Shown: positions 20,270 to 29,432, counted from the stretch's first letter. The stretch is 64,000 bases of DNA from Rhodospirillales bacterium (GCA_031424895.1 JANPIH010000119.1:38441-102440); one strand, 5' to 3'. Notes: generated from the letters alone by a model not told the origin. A program made the numbers and translations.

Positions 20270-21526
20270 ATGACCCGCATTCACATCATCGGCGCCGGCC
20301 TCGCCGGGCTTTCCGCCGCCGTGGCGATCACCCAGGCGGGCCATGTCGTCACCCTGTACGAATCCGGCCCCGCCGCCGGCGGGCGCTGCCGCTCCTATTT
20401 CGATCGCGAGCTGGGGGCCCGCATCGACAACGGCAACCACCTGCTGCTGTCCGGCAACCGCGCGGCACTGGCCTATCTCGACACCATCGGCGCCGTCGGC
20501 ACGCTGACCGGCCCGGCCGAGCCGCTGTTTCCCTTCATGGACCTGGGCACCGGGGAGCGCTGGATCGTCGCCCCCAATGCCGGGCGCATCCCGTGGTGGG
20601 TGTTCTCGCGGTCGCGCGGCGTGAAGGGCGCGCGCCTGGCCGACTACCTCGCGCTGCTGCGTCTGAAGCGCGCCCGGCCCCACCATACCGTGTCCGAAAC
20701 ACTTGCGGGCGCCGGCACCCTTTACCGCCGCCTGCTCGAACCGCTCGCCATCGCGGCGCTGAACACCATGCCCGATGTCGCCCTGGCGCGCCTGCTGGCC
20801 GCCGTGGTCGACGAAACCCTGGCCCAGGGCGGCGCCGCCTGCCGCCCCCTCGTGCCACGCGAGGGCCTGTCGGAATCCTTCGTCGACCCCGCGCTGGCCT
20901 GGCTCGCCGCGCGCGGCGCCGCGCTGCACACCAACCGCCGCGTTGCCGCCCTGCACGTTGACGGCGGCCGCGTCCACCGCCTGCACACCACCGACGGGCC
21001 GACCGACATCGGCCCCGGCGAAGCGGTCATCCTCGCCGTTCCGCCCTGGGTTGCCACCACCCTGCTCCCCGGCCTGACGGCGCCCGACGCCTTCGAGTCG
21101 ATCGTCAACCTCCACTTCCGCGCCCAGGCGGACCCCGGCCCCGGCGGCTTCGTGGGCCTGGTCGGCGGCACCGCCGAATGGGTGTTCGTCAAGACCGGCC
21201 CCACTCCTGATACTTCAATCGTCTCCACCACCACCAGCGCCGCCAACCGGCATGCCGACGTCTCCGCCGACCATCTCGCTACCGTGTGCTGGGAAGAGGT
21301 CTGCGCGGCCCTCACGTTGTCCGGCCCCCGCCCGCCCTGGCGCCTGGTGCGCGAGAAACGCGCCACCTTCGCCGCCACCGCGGAGCAGGAACGCCGCCGC
21401 CCCGGGCCGCGCACCCGCCTGTCCAACCTCGCCCTGGCCGGCGACTGGACGGCCACCGGCCTGCCCGCCACCATCGAGGGTGCCATCCGCTCCGGCACCA
21501 CGGCTGCTGCGGTGTTGTTGCGGTAG
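20270..21526 (+). CDS. hpnE: hydroxysqualene dehydroxylase HpnE (FAD-dependent amine-oxidase fold)
   Basis: Starts MTRIHIIGAGLAGLSAAVAI (dinucleotide-binding motif). 418 aa, positioned between hpnD and shc. Confidence 0.9.
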   Translation: MTRIHIIGAGLAGLSAAVAITQAGHVVTLYESGPAAGGRCRSYFDRELGARIDNGNHLLLSGNRAALAYLDTIGAVGTLTGPAEPLFPFMDLGTGERWIVAPNAGRIPWWVFSRSRGVKGARLADYLALLRLKRARPHHTVSETLAGAGTLYRRLLEPLAIAALNTMPDVALARLLAAVVDETLAQGGAACRPLVPREGLSESFVDPALAWLAARGAALHTNRRVAALHVDGGRVHRLHTTDGPTDIGPGEAVILAVPPWVATTLLPGLTAPDAFESIVNLHFRAQADPGPGGFVGLVGGTAEWVFVKTGPTPDTSIVSTTTSAANRHADVSADHLATVCWEEVCAALTLSGPRPPWRLVREKRATFAATAEQERRRPGPRTRLSNLALAGDWTATGLPATIEGAIRSGTTAAAVLLR

Positions 21527-21664
21527 GAAGGATCTTCTTTTTCTGAAGAAAAAGAAGCAAAAAGACTTTTGTTCATTTGCTCCGCGCGGGAGTGTTTCAC
21601 ACTGAGCAAATGAATAAAAGTTTTTTGGTTCTTTTTTTCAAAAAAGAACATGCTTTCTTCCTTC
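21527..21664. repeat. Family A element, copy A3 (H2+H1, inverted orientation), between hpnE and shc
   Basis: H2 (rc form CTTCTTTTTCTGAAGAAAAAGAAG) at 21534-21557. H1 (rc form) at 21628-21649. Central stem TTCATTTGCTC/GAGCAAATGAA. Begins right after the hpnE TAG (21524-21526). Confidence 0.9.
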
Positions 21665-21705
21665 CCCTTCCCTTCATCCCGCCATTGTCCTAATCACCAG
21701 CCATC

Positions 21706-23628
21706 ATGGACCACACCCTCCTGGACGACTCCGTCGCCCGCGCCCAGGCACGCCTTCTGCGTGAACAGAAGCCCGACGGCCATTTCGTCTTCGAGCTCGA
21801 AGCCGATGCCACCATCCCGGCCGAGTTCGTCCTGCTCACCCATTTCCTGGACCGCCCCGACCTGGCACTGGAGCAGGCGATCGCCAGCTACCTCCGCCGC
21901 ATCCAGGGCGACCACGGCGGCTGGCCGCTGTTCCACGGCGGCAGGTTGGACCTCTCGGCTTCGGTGAAGGCTTATTTCGCGCTGAAGATGATCGGCGACG
22001 ACCCGGCCGCTCCGCACATGGCCCACGCCCGCGACGCCATCCTCGCCGCCGGCGGGGCGGAGTGCTGCAACGTGTTCACTCGCGCGCAACTGGCCCTGTT
22101 CGGCGAGGTGCCATGGCGCGCCGTGCCGGTGATGCCGGTGGAGATCATGCTGCTGCCGCGCTGGTTCCCCTTCCACCTCGACCGCGTCAGCTATTGGTCG
22201 CGCACGGTCATTGTGCCGCTGCTCGTGCTGATGGCCCTGCGCCCGACGGCCCGCAACCCGCGCGCCATCCATGTCCCGGAACTGTTCCGCACGCCGCCGG
22301 AACAGGTGGCGGGCTGGATCCGCGGCCCGTTCCGCTCTGCCTGGGGCCATGCCTTCAAGCATCTCGACCGCGTGCTGCGAAGCGTGGAGCCGCTGTTTCC
22401 CGCCGCCGCCCGCCGCCGGGCCATCGACCGTGCCGTGGCCTTCGTCGTCCCCCGCCTCAACGGCGAGGACGGCCTTGGCGGCATCTACCCCGCCATGGCC
22501 AACGCCTTGATGATGTTCGACACGCTTGGCTATCCGGCCGACCACCCCGATGTCGCCATCTGCTGGCAGGCGCTGCGCAAGCTGCTGGTCATCCGGCCCA
22601 TGGAGAACGGAACATCCGAGGCCTATTGCCAACCCTGCCTCTCCCCGGTCTGGGACACCAGTCTGGCCGGCCACGCGCTGGCCGAGGCGGAAGGCAACGC
22701 CGCCCCCCCGGTCGCCGCCGCCAACGCCTGGCTGTGCGGCAAGCAGGTGAACGACCTGCTCGGCGACTGGGCCGCCGCCCGCCCGGGCGTGCCCCCCGGC
22801 GGCTGGGCCTTTCAGTATGAGAACGCCCACTACCCGGATGTGGACGACACCGCCGTCGTTGGCATGCTGCTCCACCGAGAGAACGCCGGTGCCCACGCCG
22901 AAGCGATCGACCGCGCGCGCCGATGGATCATCGGCATGCAGAGCAAAGGCGGCGGCTGGGGCGCCTTCGACGCCGACAACACCCACCACTACCTCAACCA
23001 CATCCCCTTCGCCGACCACGGCGCCCTGCTCGACCCGCCGACCGCCGACGTTACCGCCCGCTGCGTGTCGTTCCTGGCCCAGATCGGCGAGAAGCTCGAC
23101 AGCCCGCCCATCGCCCGCGCCGTCGCGTGGCTGAAAGCGGACCAGGAGCCGGGCGGCGCCTGGTTCGGCCGCTGGGGCACCAACTACATCTACGGCACCT
23201 GGTCCGTCCTCTGCGCGCTGAACGCCGCCCGCATCCCCCACGACGAGCCCGCCTTCCGCCGCGCGGTCCAGTTCCTTCTTTCCGTCCAGCGCGACGACGG
23301 CGGCTGGGGCGAGGACAACGAAAGCTACGCCGAAGCCCCTCACGGGCGGCACACCGTCTCCACCCCGTCGCAGACCGCCTGGGCCGTCCTCGCCCTCATG
23401 GCCGCTGGCGAGGCCCGGCACCAGGCTGTCGCGCGCGGCATCGACTACCTCTGCGCCACCCAAACCCCCGACGGCGGCTGGGACGAAGCCGCCTACACTG
23501 CCGTCGGCTTCCCGCGCGTGTTCTACCTGCGCTACCACGGCTACCGGCTGTTCTTCCCCCTGCTGGCCCTGGCCCGCTACCGCAACCTTCAGCGCAGCAA
23601 TGACCGCCGCGTTGCCTGGGGGTTCTGA
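21706..23628 (+). CDS. shc: squalene-hopene cyclase
   Basis: 640 aa with the DVDDTAVV catalytic motif and multiple QW-type repeats (GGWG...). Confidence 0.95.
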   Translation: MDHTLLDDSVARAQARLLREQKPDGHFVFELEADATIPAEFVLLTHFLDRPDLALEQAIASYLRRIQGDHGGWPLFHGGRLDLSASVKAYFALKMIGDDPAAPHMAHARDAILAAGGAECCNVFTRAQLALFGEVPWRAVPVMPVEIMLLPRWFPFHLDRVSYWSRTVIVPLLVLMALRPTARNPRAIHVPELFRTPPEQVAGWIRGPFRSAWGHAFKHLDRVLRSVEPLFPAAARRRAIDRAVAFVVPRLNGEDGLGGIYPAMANALMMFDTLGYPADHPDVAICWQALRKLLVIRPMENGTSEAYCQPCLSPVWDTSLAGHALAEAEGNAAPPVAAANAWLCGKQVNDLLGDWAAARPGVPPGGWAFQYENAHYPDVDDTAVVGMLLHRENAGAHAEAIDRARRWIIGMQSKGGGWGAFDADNTHHYLNHIPFADHGALLDPPTADVTARCVSFLAQIGEKLDSPPIARAVAWLKADQEPGGAWFGRWGTNYIYGTWSVLCALNAARIPHDEPAFRRAVQFLLSVQRDDGGWGEDNESYAEAPHGRHTVSTPSQTAWAVLALMAAGEARHQAVARGIDYLCATQTPDGGWDEAAYTAVGFPRVFYLRYHGYRLFFPLLALARYRNLQRSNDRRVAWGF

Positions 23629-23681
23629 ATCCCGTGCACCGCGGCCGGACGTACGCTATCCTGTACGCCACGGAGGGCCCG

Positions 23682-23975
23682 ATGACCCATGTGACCTACA
23701 CCGAGCTGCGCCAGAATCTCGCCCGCTACCTCGATGAGGCCGTGGACAGCCGTGCGCCCATCGTCGTCACCCGGCAGGGCGGCAAGGAGCCGGTGGTGCT
23801 GATGGCCCTGTCCGAGTTCGAAGGCTGGCAGGAAACCGTGCATCTGCTGAGCGATCCGGCCGAAGCCGCCATCCTGCTGGAGTCGATCCGGCAGGTGGAA
23901 GCCGGCCAGGTCGAGCGCCACGACATGGATGAGTTGCACGCGCTTGCCGCCTCCCGGCCCAAGGCCGCGGAGTGA
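23682..23975 (+). CDS. yefM: type II antitoxin, Phd/YefM family
   Basis: MTHVTYTELRQNLARYLDEAVDSRAPIVVTRQGGKEPVVLMALSEFEGWQETVHLL, a typical YefM N-terminal fold sequence. Confidence 0.85.
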   Translation: MTHVTYTELRQNLARYLDEAVDSRAPIVVTRQGGKEPVVLMALSEFEGWQETVHLLSDPAEAAILLESIRQVEAGQVERHDMDELHALAASRPKAAE

Positions 23976-23988
23976 CCGCCCCCCACAC

Positions 23989-24258
23989 GTGAACGTCTCG
24001 TTCAGCCCGGTTGCCTGGGCGCAGTTCCTCGCCTGGCTGTCCGACGACCTCGATGTAGTCCGTCGCATCGTTGCACTCATTGAAGACGCCAGACGCCACC
24101 CCTTCACCGGCCTGGGCAAACCCGAGCCGTTGAAAGGCCCGCTCGCCGGCTATTGGTCGCGCCGCATTACCGCCGAGCACCGCCTGGTCTATCGCGTCCG
24201 GGGCACCGGAGAGGCGCAGGAAATCGCCATCGCCCATTGCCGTCTCCACTACCGATGA
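23989..24258 (+). CDS. yoeB: type II toxin, YoeB/Txe family mRNA interferase
   Basis: GTG start. ...HPFTGLGKPEPLKGPLAGYWSRRITAEHRLVYRV...AHCRLHY is colinear with E. coli YoeB (GKGKPEPLK...WSRRITEEHRLVY...CRYHY). Confidence 0.85.
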   Translation: MNVSFSPVAWAQFLAWLSDDLDVVRRIVALIEDARRHPFTGLGKPEPLKGPLAGYWSRRITAEHRLVYRVRGTGEAQEIAIAHCRLHYR

Positions 24259-24902
24259 CCGTCGCCCTGGTCACGGGTCTCCAGGCGGAGGCCCGCCTTG
24301 CCCACCATCTGGGCATGGCCGAGGCCGGCGGCGGCACCCAAGCCGGCGCCGAGGTCGCCGCCGAACGCCTCGTGGCCCGCGGCGCGACGGCATTGGTCAG
24401 TTTCGGCTTCGCCGGCGGCCTCGACCCCGCCCTTCTTCCCGGCGCCATCGTCATCCCCGCCGAGGTGGTGGAAAGCGGCCCGTCCGCCCCAAGCCGGGCC
24501 TGGCGCACCGACCCAGCCCTAGCCGCCCGCTTCGGCCATCTCATGCCGCTGCGCGCCTTGTCCGCCGCCACCATCCTCGCCACCCTGGACGCCAAGCGCG
24601 ACGCCCGCGCCGCCACCGGTGCCGCCATTGTCGACCTCGAAAGCGGTGCCGTCGCCCGCGTCGCTGCCCGCCATGGCCTGCCTTTCGCCGTCGTCCGCGC
24701 CGTTTGCGACCCCGCCGGCTTTGCCCTCCCGCCGCTTGCCCTCACCGCACTCGACGCCACCGGCCGCATCTGCGCCCGGCGCATCCTAGCCTCCCTCCTG
24801 CGCCACCCCGGCCAGATTCCCGCCCTCCTCGCCCTTGCCCGCCATGCCGCCAGCGCCCGCGCCGCCCTGTCGCACTTGACTTCGAAACCGCACGATCCAT
24901 AG
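24255..24902 (+). CDS. hpnG: hopanoid-associated phosphorylase/nucleosidase (PNP/UDP family)
   Basis: Starts MTVALVTGLQAEARLA...LVSFGFAGGLDPAL. The ATG overlaps the yoeB stop (ATGA at 24255-24258). Confidence 0.8.
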   Translation: MTVALVTGLQAEARLAHHLGMAEAGGGTQAGAEVAAERLVARGATALVSFGFAGGLDPALLPGAIVIPAEVVESGPSAPSRAWRTDPALAARFGHLMPLRALSAATILATLDAKRDARAATGAAIVDLESGAVARVAARHGLPFAVVRAVCDPAGFALPPLALTALDATGRICARRILASLLRHPGQIPALLALARHAASARAALSHLTSKPHDP

Positions 24903-24935
24903 CTTCCCGCCACCAACGAACGGGAGACGGCGACC

Positions 24936-26207
24936 ATGTTGAAGCGCATCGGCCGGCGCATGCTGGCGGTCACGATAGCGGCGGGCACCATCGCGGCGGC
25001 CACCCTGCTCGGTGCCGCGGCTACCCAGGCGCAGGCCGGCGAGGTCACATTCTGGACCTGGCGCCAGGAAGACCGCGCCGCCTACGCCGAGCTGTTCGCC
25101 GACTTCATGAAGGCCAACCCCGGCATCACCGTGAAGTTCGAATCCTTCGCCGTGGAGCAATACGCCACCATCCTCTCCACGGCGCTCGCCGCCGGCAAGG
25201 GCGGGGATGTCATCCACACCCGTGCCTATGGCGGCTTGGAACAGTTCGCCCGCGCGGGCTACCTCCTCCCGCTCGACCCCGCCACGGTTCCCGAGCTCGC
25301 CAACCTGCCCGACGATGCCCGCGCCAGCCTTACGCTGCGTAGCGACGGCAAGGTCTATTCCTACGCCTTCGCCAGCCAGACCCTTGGCCTGTTCATCAAC
25401 AACGAGGTCTTCAAGCGCGCGGGTGCCACGCCGCCGACCACCTGGGCTGAGCTGATCACCGTGTCCAAGGCGCTGAAGGACAAGGGCATCATCCCGCTGG
25501 CCAACGGCACCGCGACGGCGTGGATGTGCGAGGTGTTCACCTCCGTGTTCACCAACCCCCTGCTCGGCCCGGGCTTCGCCGGCGAGATCCTGGCTGGCCG
25601 CGCCACCTTCGAAGACCCGCGCTACGTTGCGGCCCTGGGCCGGCTGTTGGAACTGCGCGACTTCATGCCGCCCGGCTTCAGCGGCATCGACTACCCCACC
25701 GCGCAGCAGCTCTTTCTCTCCGGCCGCGCCGCCATGTTCGCCGGTGGCAGCTTCGAGATCGCCAACTTCCGCAAGCAGAACCCGAAGCTGGACATGAGCT
25801 TCATCGCCCCCCCGGCGCCGGCCGCCGGCGCGCCGCGCCTGGTCAGCAAGTTTTTCGACGGCGGCTATGCGGTGAACGCGAAGTCCGCCAACCAGGCCGA
25901 CGCCATCAAGCTCGTGCGCTTCATGGGCACCAAGCCCTTCGGCGACAAGTTCGCGGCCCTGCTGGGCAACATCTCCCCCATCCAGGGCGTGGTATTGACC
26001 GACCCGATGCTGGCCGAGGTCGCGAAGCTCAACGAAACCTCCGCCCCCTACCTGATGGCCGTCCACTTCCGCTACGAAACCCCCACCGGCTCCGAACTGC
26101 TGCAATCCGGCATCCAGAAGATGATGGCCGGCAGCATGACCCCGGCCGAAGTCGGCGCCTCGCTCACTCAGGGCATCGGGCGCTACTTCAAGCCGTTCCA
26201 GAAGTAA
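24936..26207 (+). CDS. ABC transporter substrate-binding protein (family 1, sugar-type)
   Basis: 423 aa with a signal peptide (MLKRIGRRMLAVTIAAGTIAAATLLGAAATQAQA). Composition is typical of extracellular solute-binding proteins. Confidence 0.8.
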   Translation: MLKRIGRRMLAVTIAAGTIAAATLLGAAATQAQAGEVTFWTWRQEDRAAYAELFADFMKANPGITVKFESFAVEQYATILSTALAAGKGGDVIHTRAYGGLEQFARAGYLLPLDPATVPELANLPDDARASLTLRSDGKVYSYAFASQTLGLFINNEVFKRAGATPPTTWAELITVSKALKDKGIIPLANGTATAWMCEVFTSVFTNPLLGPGFAGEILAGRATFEDPRYVAALGRLLELRDFMPPGFSGIDYPTAQQLFLSGRAAMFAGGSFEIANFRKQNPKLDMSFIAPPAPAAGAPRLVSKFFDGGYAVNAKSANQADAIKLVRFMGTKPFGDKFAALLGNISPIQGVVLTDPMLAEVAKLNETSAPYLMAVHFRYETPTGSELLQSGIQKMMAGSMTPAEVGASLTQGIGRYFKPFQK

Positions 26208-26208
26208 G

Positions 26209-26346
26209 ATCAGGGGCTTCGCCCCCGGACCCCCAGCTGGGCCGTTGCGCGCCTTCGCGCGACGTGGCCGAGCCCCCTGGACCCTCGTGAATGGGGGTCC
26301 GGGGCCTCAGGCCCCGGCGGGTAAAGGGCAGAGCCCTGGCCTTCCT
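26209..26346. repeat. Family B element, diverged copy B4, between the SBP and permease genes
   Basis: Shares CGCGCCTTCGCGCGACG, GCCGAGCCCCCTGGACC and GGGCAGAGCCCTGGCCTTCC with B2/B3/B5. The left arm is diverged. Confidence 0.7.
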
Positions 26347-27254
26347 TGATGAAGCATCTCCGCCTCAATCTCTGGATTCTGTTCCTCCTGGCCCCGGCGC
26401 TCGCCATCATGGCGACCTTCGTCGCCTGGCCCTTGCTCTCTGCCCTGCGCTACGCCTTCTACAGCTTCAACGGCGTCGCCCCCGGCGCCTTCGTGGGCCT
26501 TGCCAACTTCCACGACGTGCTGTTCGCCGAGCCCTTTGCCGGCTGGACCTGGCGGGCGCTGAAGAACAACATCATCGTCTTCGCCGCGCTGATGGTGGTG
26601 CAGAACGGCCTAGCCTACCTCATCGCCTTCGCCCTGCTGAAGGCCCTGCCTGGCCACCGCGTGCATCAGGTGATCGTATTCCTGCCCGTGGTGCTCTCGG
26701 CCGTCATCGTCGGCTTCCTGTGGAAGCTGTTCCTCCACCCGCTGTTCGGCCTGGTGAACGCCGCGCTGGCCCTCGCGGGCCTTCCCGGCCGCCCCTGGCT
26801 CGGCGATGAATCCACCGCCCTGGGCAGCCTCATCTTCACCAACGCCTGGCACTGGATCGGCTTCCCCGCCCTGATCTTCCTTGCCGGCATGCAGCGCATC
26901 CAGAAGGAAACGCTGGAAGCCGCCCGCATCGACGGCGCCAACGACCGCGTGCTGCTGACGAAGATCATCTGGCCCCTGGTTGCCCCGGCCACCACGATCA
27001 TCTTCACGCTGACCTTCATCGGCAGCTTCAACTGGTTCGAACTGCCCTACGTCATGAGCGGCCTGAACGGCTCCCCAGGCGGGGCCACCGACGTGCTGGG
27101 CCTGTATTTCTATCGGACCGCCTTCGGCAACACGACCTCCGGCCTGCAGGATTTCGGCCGCGGCAGCGCGCTCGCGGTGCTGATGTTCCTGTTCATCGCC
27201 ACCACATCGGCCATCGCGCTGCGCTATCTGCGGCGGAGGGAAATACAGCTTTAG
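26346..27254 (+). CDS. sugar ABC transporter permease (MalF/UgpA type)
   Basis: 302 aa with 6 TM helices. EAA loop KETLEAARIDGANDRVLLTKIIWP. TTG at 26346 and ATG at 26349. Confidence 0.85.
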   Translation: MMKHLRLNLWILFLLAPALAIMATFVAWPLLSALRYAFYSFNGVAPGAFVGLANFHDVLFAEPFAGWTWRALKNNIIVFAALMVVQNGLAYLIAFALLKALPGHRVHQVIVFLPVVLSAVIVGFLWKLFLHPLFGLVNAALALAGLPGRPWLGDESTALGSLIFTNAWHWIGFPALIFLAGMQRIQKETLEAARIDGANDRVLLTKIIWPLVAPATTIIFTLTFIGSFNWFELPYVMSGLNGSPGGATDVLGLYFYRTAFGNTTSGLQDFGRGSALAVLMFLFIATTSAIALRYLRRREIQL

Positions 27255-27398
27255 GCAAGAATCTTCTATTTCTGAAGAAAAAGAAGCAAAAAGACTTTTC
27301 ATTCATTTGCCAATGGCACTGCCGTGCCAAGTTGGCCCGGGCGCAAGGAATGAAGTTTTTTTGCTTCTTTTTGCTCACAAAAAGAAGATTCTTTCCTT
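27255..27398. repeat. Family A element, copy A4 (H2+H3)
   Basis: H2 variant CTTCTATTTCTGAAGAAAAAGAAG at 27263-27286. H3 variant CTTCTTTTTGCTCACAAAAAGAAG at 27364-27387. Starts right after the permease TAG (27252-27254). Confidence 0.85.
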
Positions 27399-28681
27399 CG
27401 CATCACCACTGGCACCAGCACCAGCCAAGCCATGCGTGCCTGATATCGGTCATGCGGTCGCGACAGTGCCCCGCTGGCCGCCGCATTCGCCAGCACCCCC
27501 ACCAGCACCAGCACCGCGAGCTTCTGCCCCCGCGCCGCCAGCACCAGCGTTGCGATCCCGCCCGCCACTAGCACCGCCGCGTGCCAGGGATTGAGAGGCT
27601 CCGCCACCGCGCGCAGGGTTTCCCGCATCTGCCGGCCGGCCCGGAACCGAGCCATTTCGGCGGCCGGGAGGTAGGCCTGCAAGCTTCCGGTGATCGACCC
27701 CTCCAGCCAGTCGTTGCCCAGCGTATCCCCCAGCCGCACCCGCCACAGCTGCTCCCAGACATTCGCCAGCCCGCTGCGCAGCACCCACAGCGGCTCCTGC
27801 ACCAGGGTCGCGCGCACGATTGCCGATGCCTCGGGCGCCAGCGCCATCGGCCCGCCCGTTGACCACACGGGCCCCCAGTCCTTCCACAGGAACAGGTCGC
27901 TGTCGTCCGGGAACCGCCCCTGCCAGTCGCACAGCTTCCAGCCTGCCGCCGGGCATTCCCGCGCCAGCACGGCCTGCGCCGGCCCGTCCGTTACCAGCCG
28001 CGCCAGGGCAAACACGCTGCCGTAAGGCGAAATCCCGAACCGCCCATGCCCCACCGCATTGGTCGCCAGCAGCACCGCCAGCGCCACCCCCAGCGGCGCC
28101 AGCACGATCCGCCGCCCCCCCAGCAACAAGGCCACCACCCCCACCGCCAGCGCCAGCGGCAGATAGGAGAGATGGCTCGCGATCGCGAAACTCCCGAGCG
28201 CCCGCAACCACGCCTGCACCGGCCAGCCCAGCCGTGCATACCCCAGCAGGAACAGGCACAGCACCACCATCGACGCCAGAATGTCCGGCATCAGCAGCGA
28301 GGCGAACCACGGCGCCGCCGACAACGCCGCCAATCCCGCGCACAGCGCCAGATGAAACCGCCAGCCCGGCACCGCGAACGCCCCGCGCACCAGCCACAAC
28401 AGATGCGACAGCACCAGAACCTGCGCCGTCAACGGCAGCCACAGCGTCAGCCGCAGATGCAACAGCGCCAGCACCGGCCCGAACACGAACGGCTTGTCCC
28501 ACACCATCTGTGGCGCGCCGCCCTGCACCAGGAAGGCATGCGTGTCGCTGAATACGATCGGAAACCCGTTCACCAGCGCGGGCCACGACAGCAGCGCCGC
28601 ACCGGCGAGGATGGCGAGGATCGAAGTCAGGAAAGAATCTTCTTTTTCTGTAGAAAAAGAAGCAAAAAGACTTTTGTTCAT
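27299..28681 (-). CDS. polytopic membrane protein of unknown function (both termini lie inside Family A elements)
   Basis: Long hydrophobic ORF with G/C-biased third positions between A5 and A4. The only in-frame start (MNKSLFASFSTEKEDSFL...) and the last ~35 codons are repeat-derived. Confidence 0.6.
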   Translation of the reverse strand: MNKSLFASFSTEKEDSFLTSILAILAGAALLSWPALVNGFPIVFSDTHAFLVQGGAPQMVWDKPFVFGPVLALLHLRLTLWLPLTAQVLVLSHLLWLVRGAFAVPGWRFHLALCAGLAALSAAPWFASLLMPDILASMVVLCLFLLGYARLGWPVQAWLRALGSFAIASHLSYLPLALAVGVVALLLGGRRIVLAPLGVALAVLLATNAVGHGRFGISPYGSVFALARLVTDGPAQAVLARECPAAGWKLCDWQGRFPDDSDLFLWKDWGPVWSTGGPMALAPEASAIVRATLVQEPLWVLRSGLANVWEQLWRVRLGDTLGNDWLEGSITGSLQAYLPAAEMARFRAGRQMRETLRAVAEPLNPWHAAVLVAGGIATLVLAARGQKLAVLVLVGVLANAAASGALSRPHDRYQARMAWLVLVPVVMRRKESSFCEQKEAKKLHSLRPGQLGTAVPLANE

Positions 28682-28754
28682 TTGCGCCGTGTCCAGGCCT
28701 GCAGAAGAATGAAAGTTTTTGGTTCTTTTTTCTCTAAAAAGAGGGCATTCTTTC
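28629..28754. repeat. Family A element, copy A5 (H2 + degenerate H1)
   Basis: H2 CTTCTTTTTCTGTAGAAAAAGAAG at 28639-28662. Degenerate H1 GTTCTTTTTTCTCTAAAAAGAGGG at 28722-28745. The right flank ATTCTTTCC is contiguous with the nitroreductase TAG (28755-28757). Confidence 0.85.
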
Positions 28755-29432
28755 CTACAAGAAACTGGCAATCTCGCCGAATCTCTTCTTCACCCCGCCC
28801 GCCACCGGCACCTCGCACCCTTCGGCCGGATACCCCACCACCAGCAGGATGCTCGGTTTCTCATGCGCCGGCCGGGCGCAGAGTTCGTTCAGGAAGTTCA
28901 TCGGCGCCGGCGTATGCGTCAGCGTCGCCAGCCCCGCGTTGTGCAATGCGGCGATCAGGAACCCGGTGGCGATGCCCACGCTCTCGGGCACGTAATAGTG
29001 CTTCACCTGGCTGCCATCGGCCGCGATGCCATGCCGTTGCGCGAAGATGGCAATGAGCAGCGGCGCGGTTTCCAGGAACGGCTTGCTGGCATTGGTGCCC
29101 AGCGGCGCCAGCGCGTCGAGCCATTGCTCCGGTGCCTTGCCGCCGTGGTAGAAGGCGTATTCCTCCCGCTCGGCCAGTTCGCGCAGCCGCCGTTTGCGCG
29201 CCGGGTCGGCGATCACCGCGAAATGCCACGGCTGCTGGTTCGCCCCCGACGGTGCCCGCCCTGCGGTCTGGATCGCCGCCTCCACCACCGCCATCGGCAC
29301 GGCCCGGTCGGCAAAATCGCGCACACTGCGCCGGCGCGCCATCACCGCCAGGAACGCCTCCGCGCGCGCCACCATCTCCTCCGGCGGGCGCTCGGCGAAG
29401 TCCAGCGCCTGCATTGCCGCCGCGTCCTGCAT
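28755..29432 (-). CDS. nitroreductase family protein
   Basis: RRSVRDF motif, [10 protein letters not shown], colinear with oxygen-insensitive nitroreductase / iodotyrosine-deiodinase-like proteins. The start (29432 or 29414) is uncertain. Confidence 0.8.
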   Translation of the reverse strand: MQDAAAMQALDFAERPPEEMVARAEAFLAVMARRRSVRDFADRAVPMAVVEAAIQTAGRAPSGANQQPWHFAVIADPARKRRLRELAEREEYAFYHGGKAPEQWLDALAPLGTNASKPFLETAPLLIAIFAQRHGIAADGSQVKHYYVPESVGIATGFLIAALHNAGLATLTHTPAPMNFLNELCARPAHEKPSILLVVGYPAEGCEVPVAGGVKKRFGEIASFL

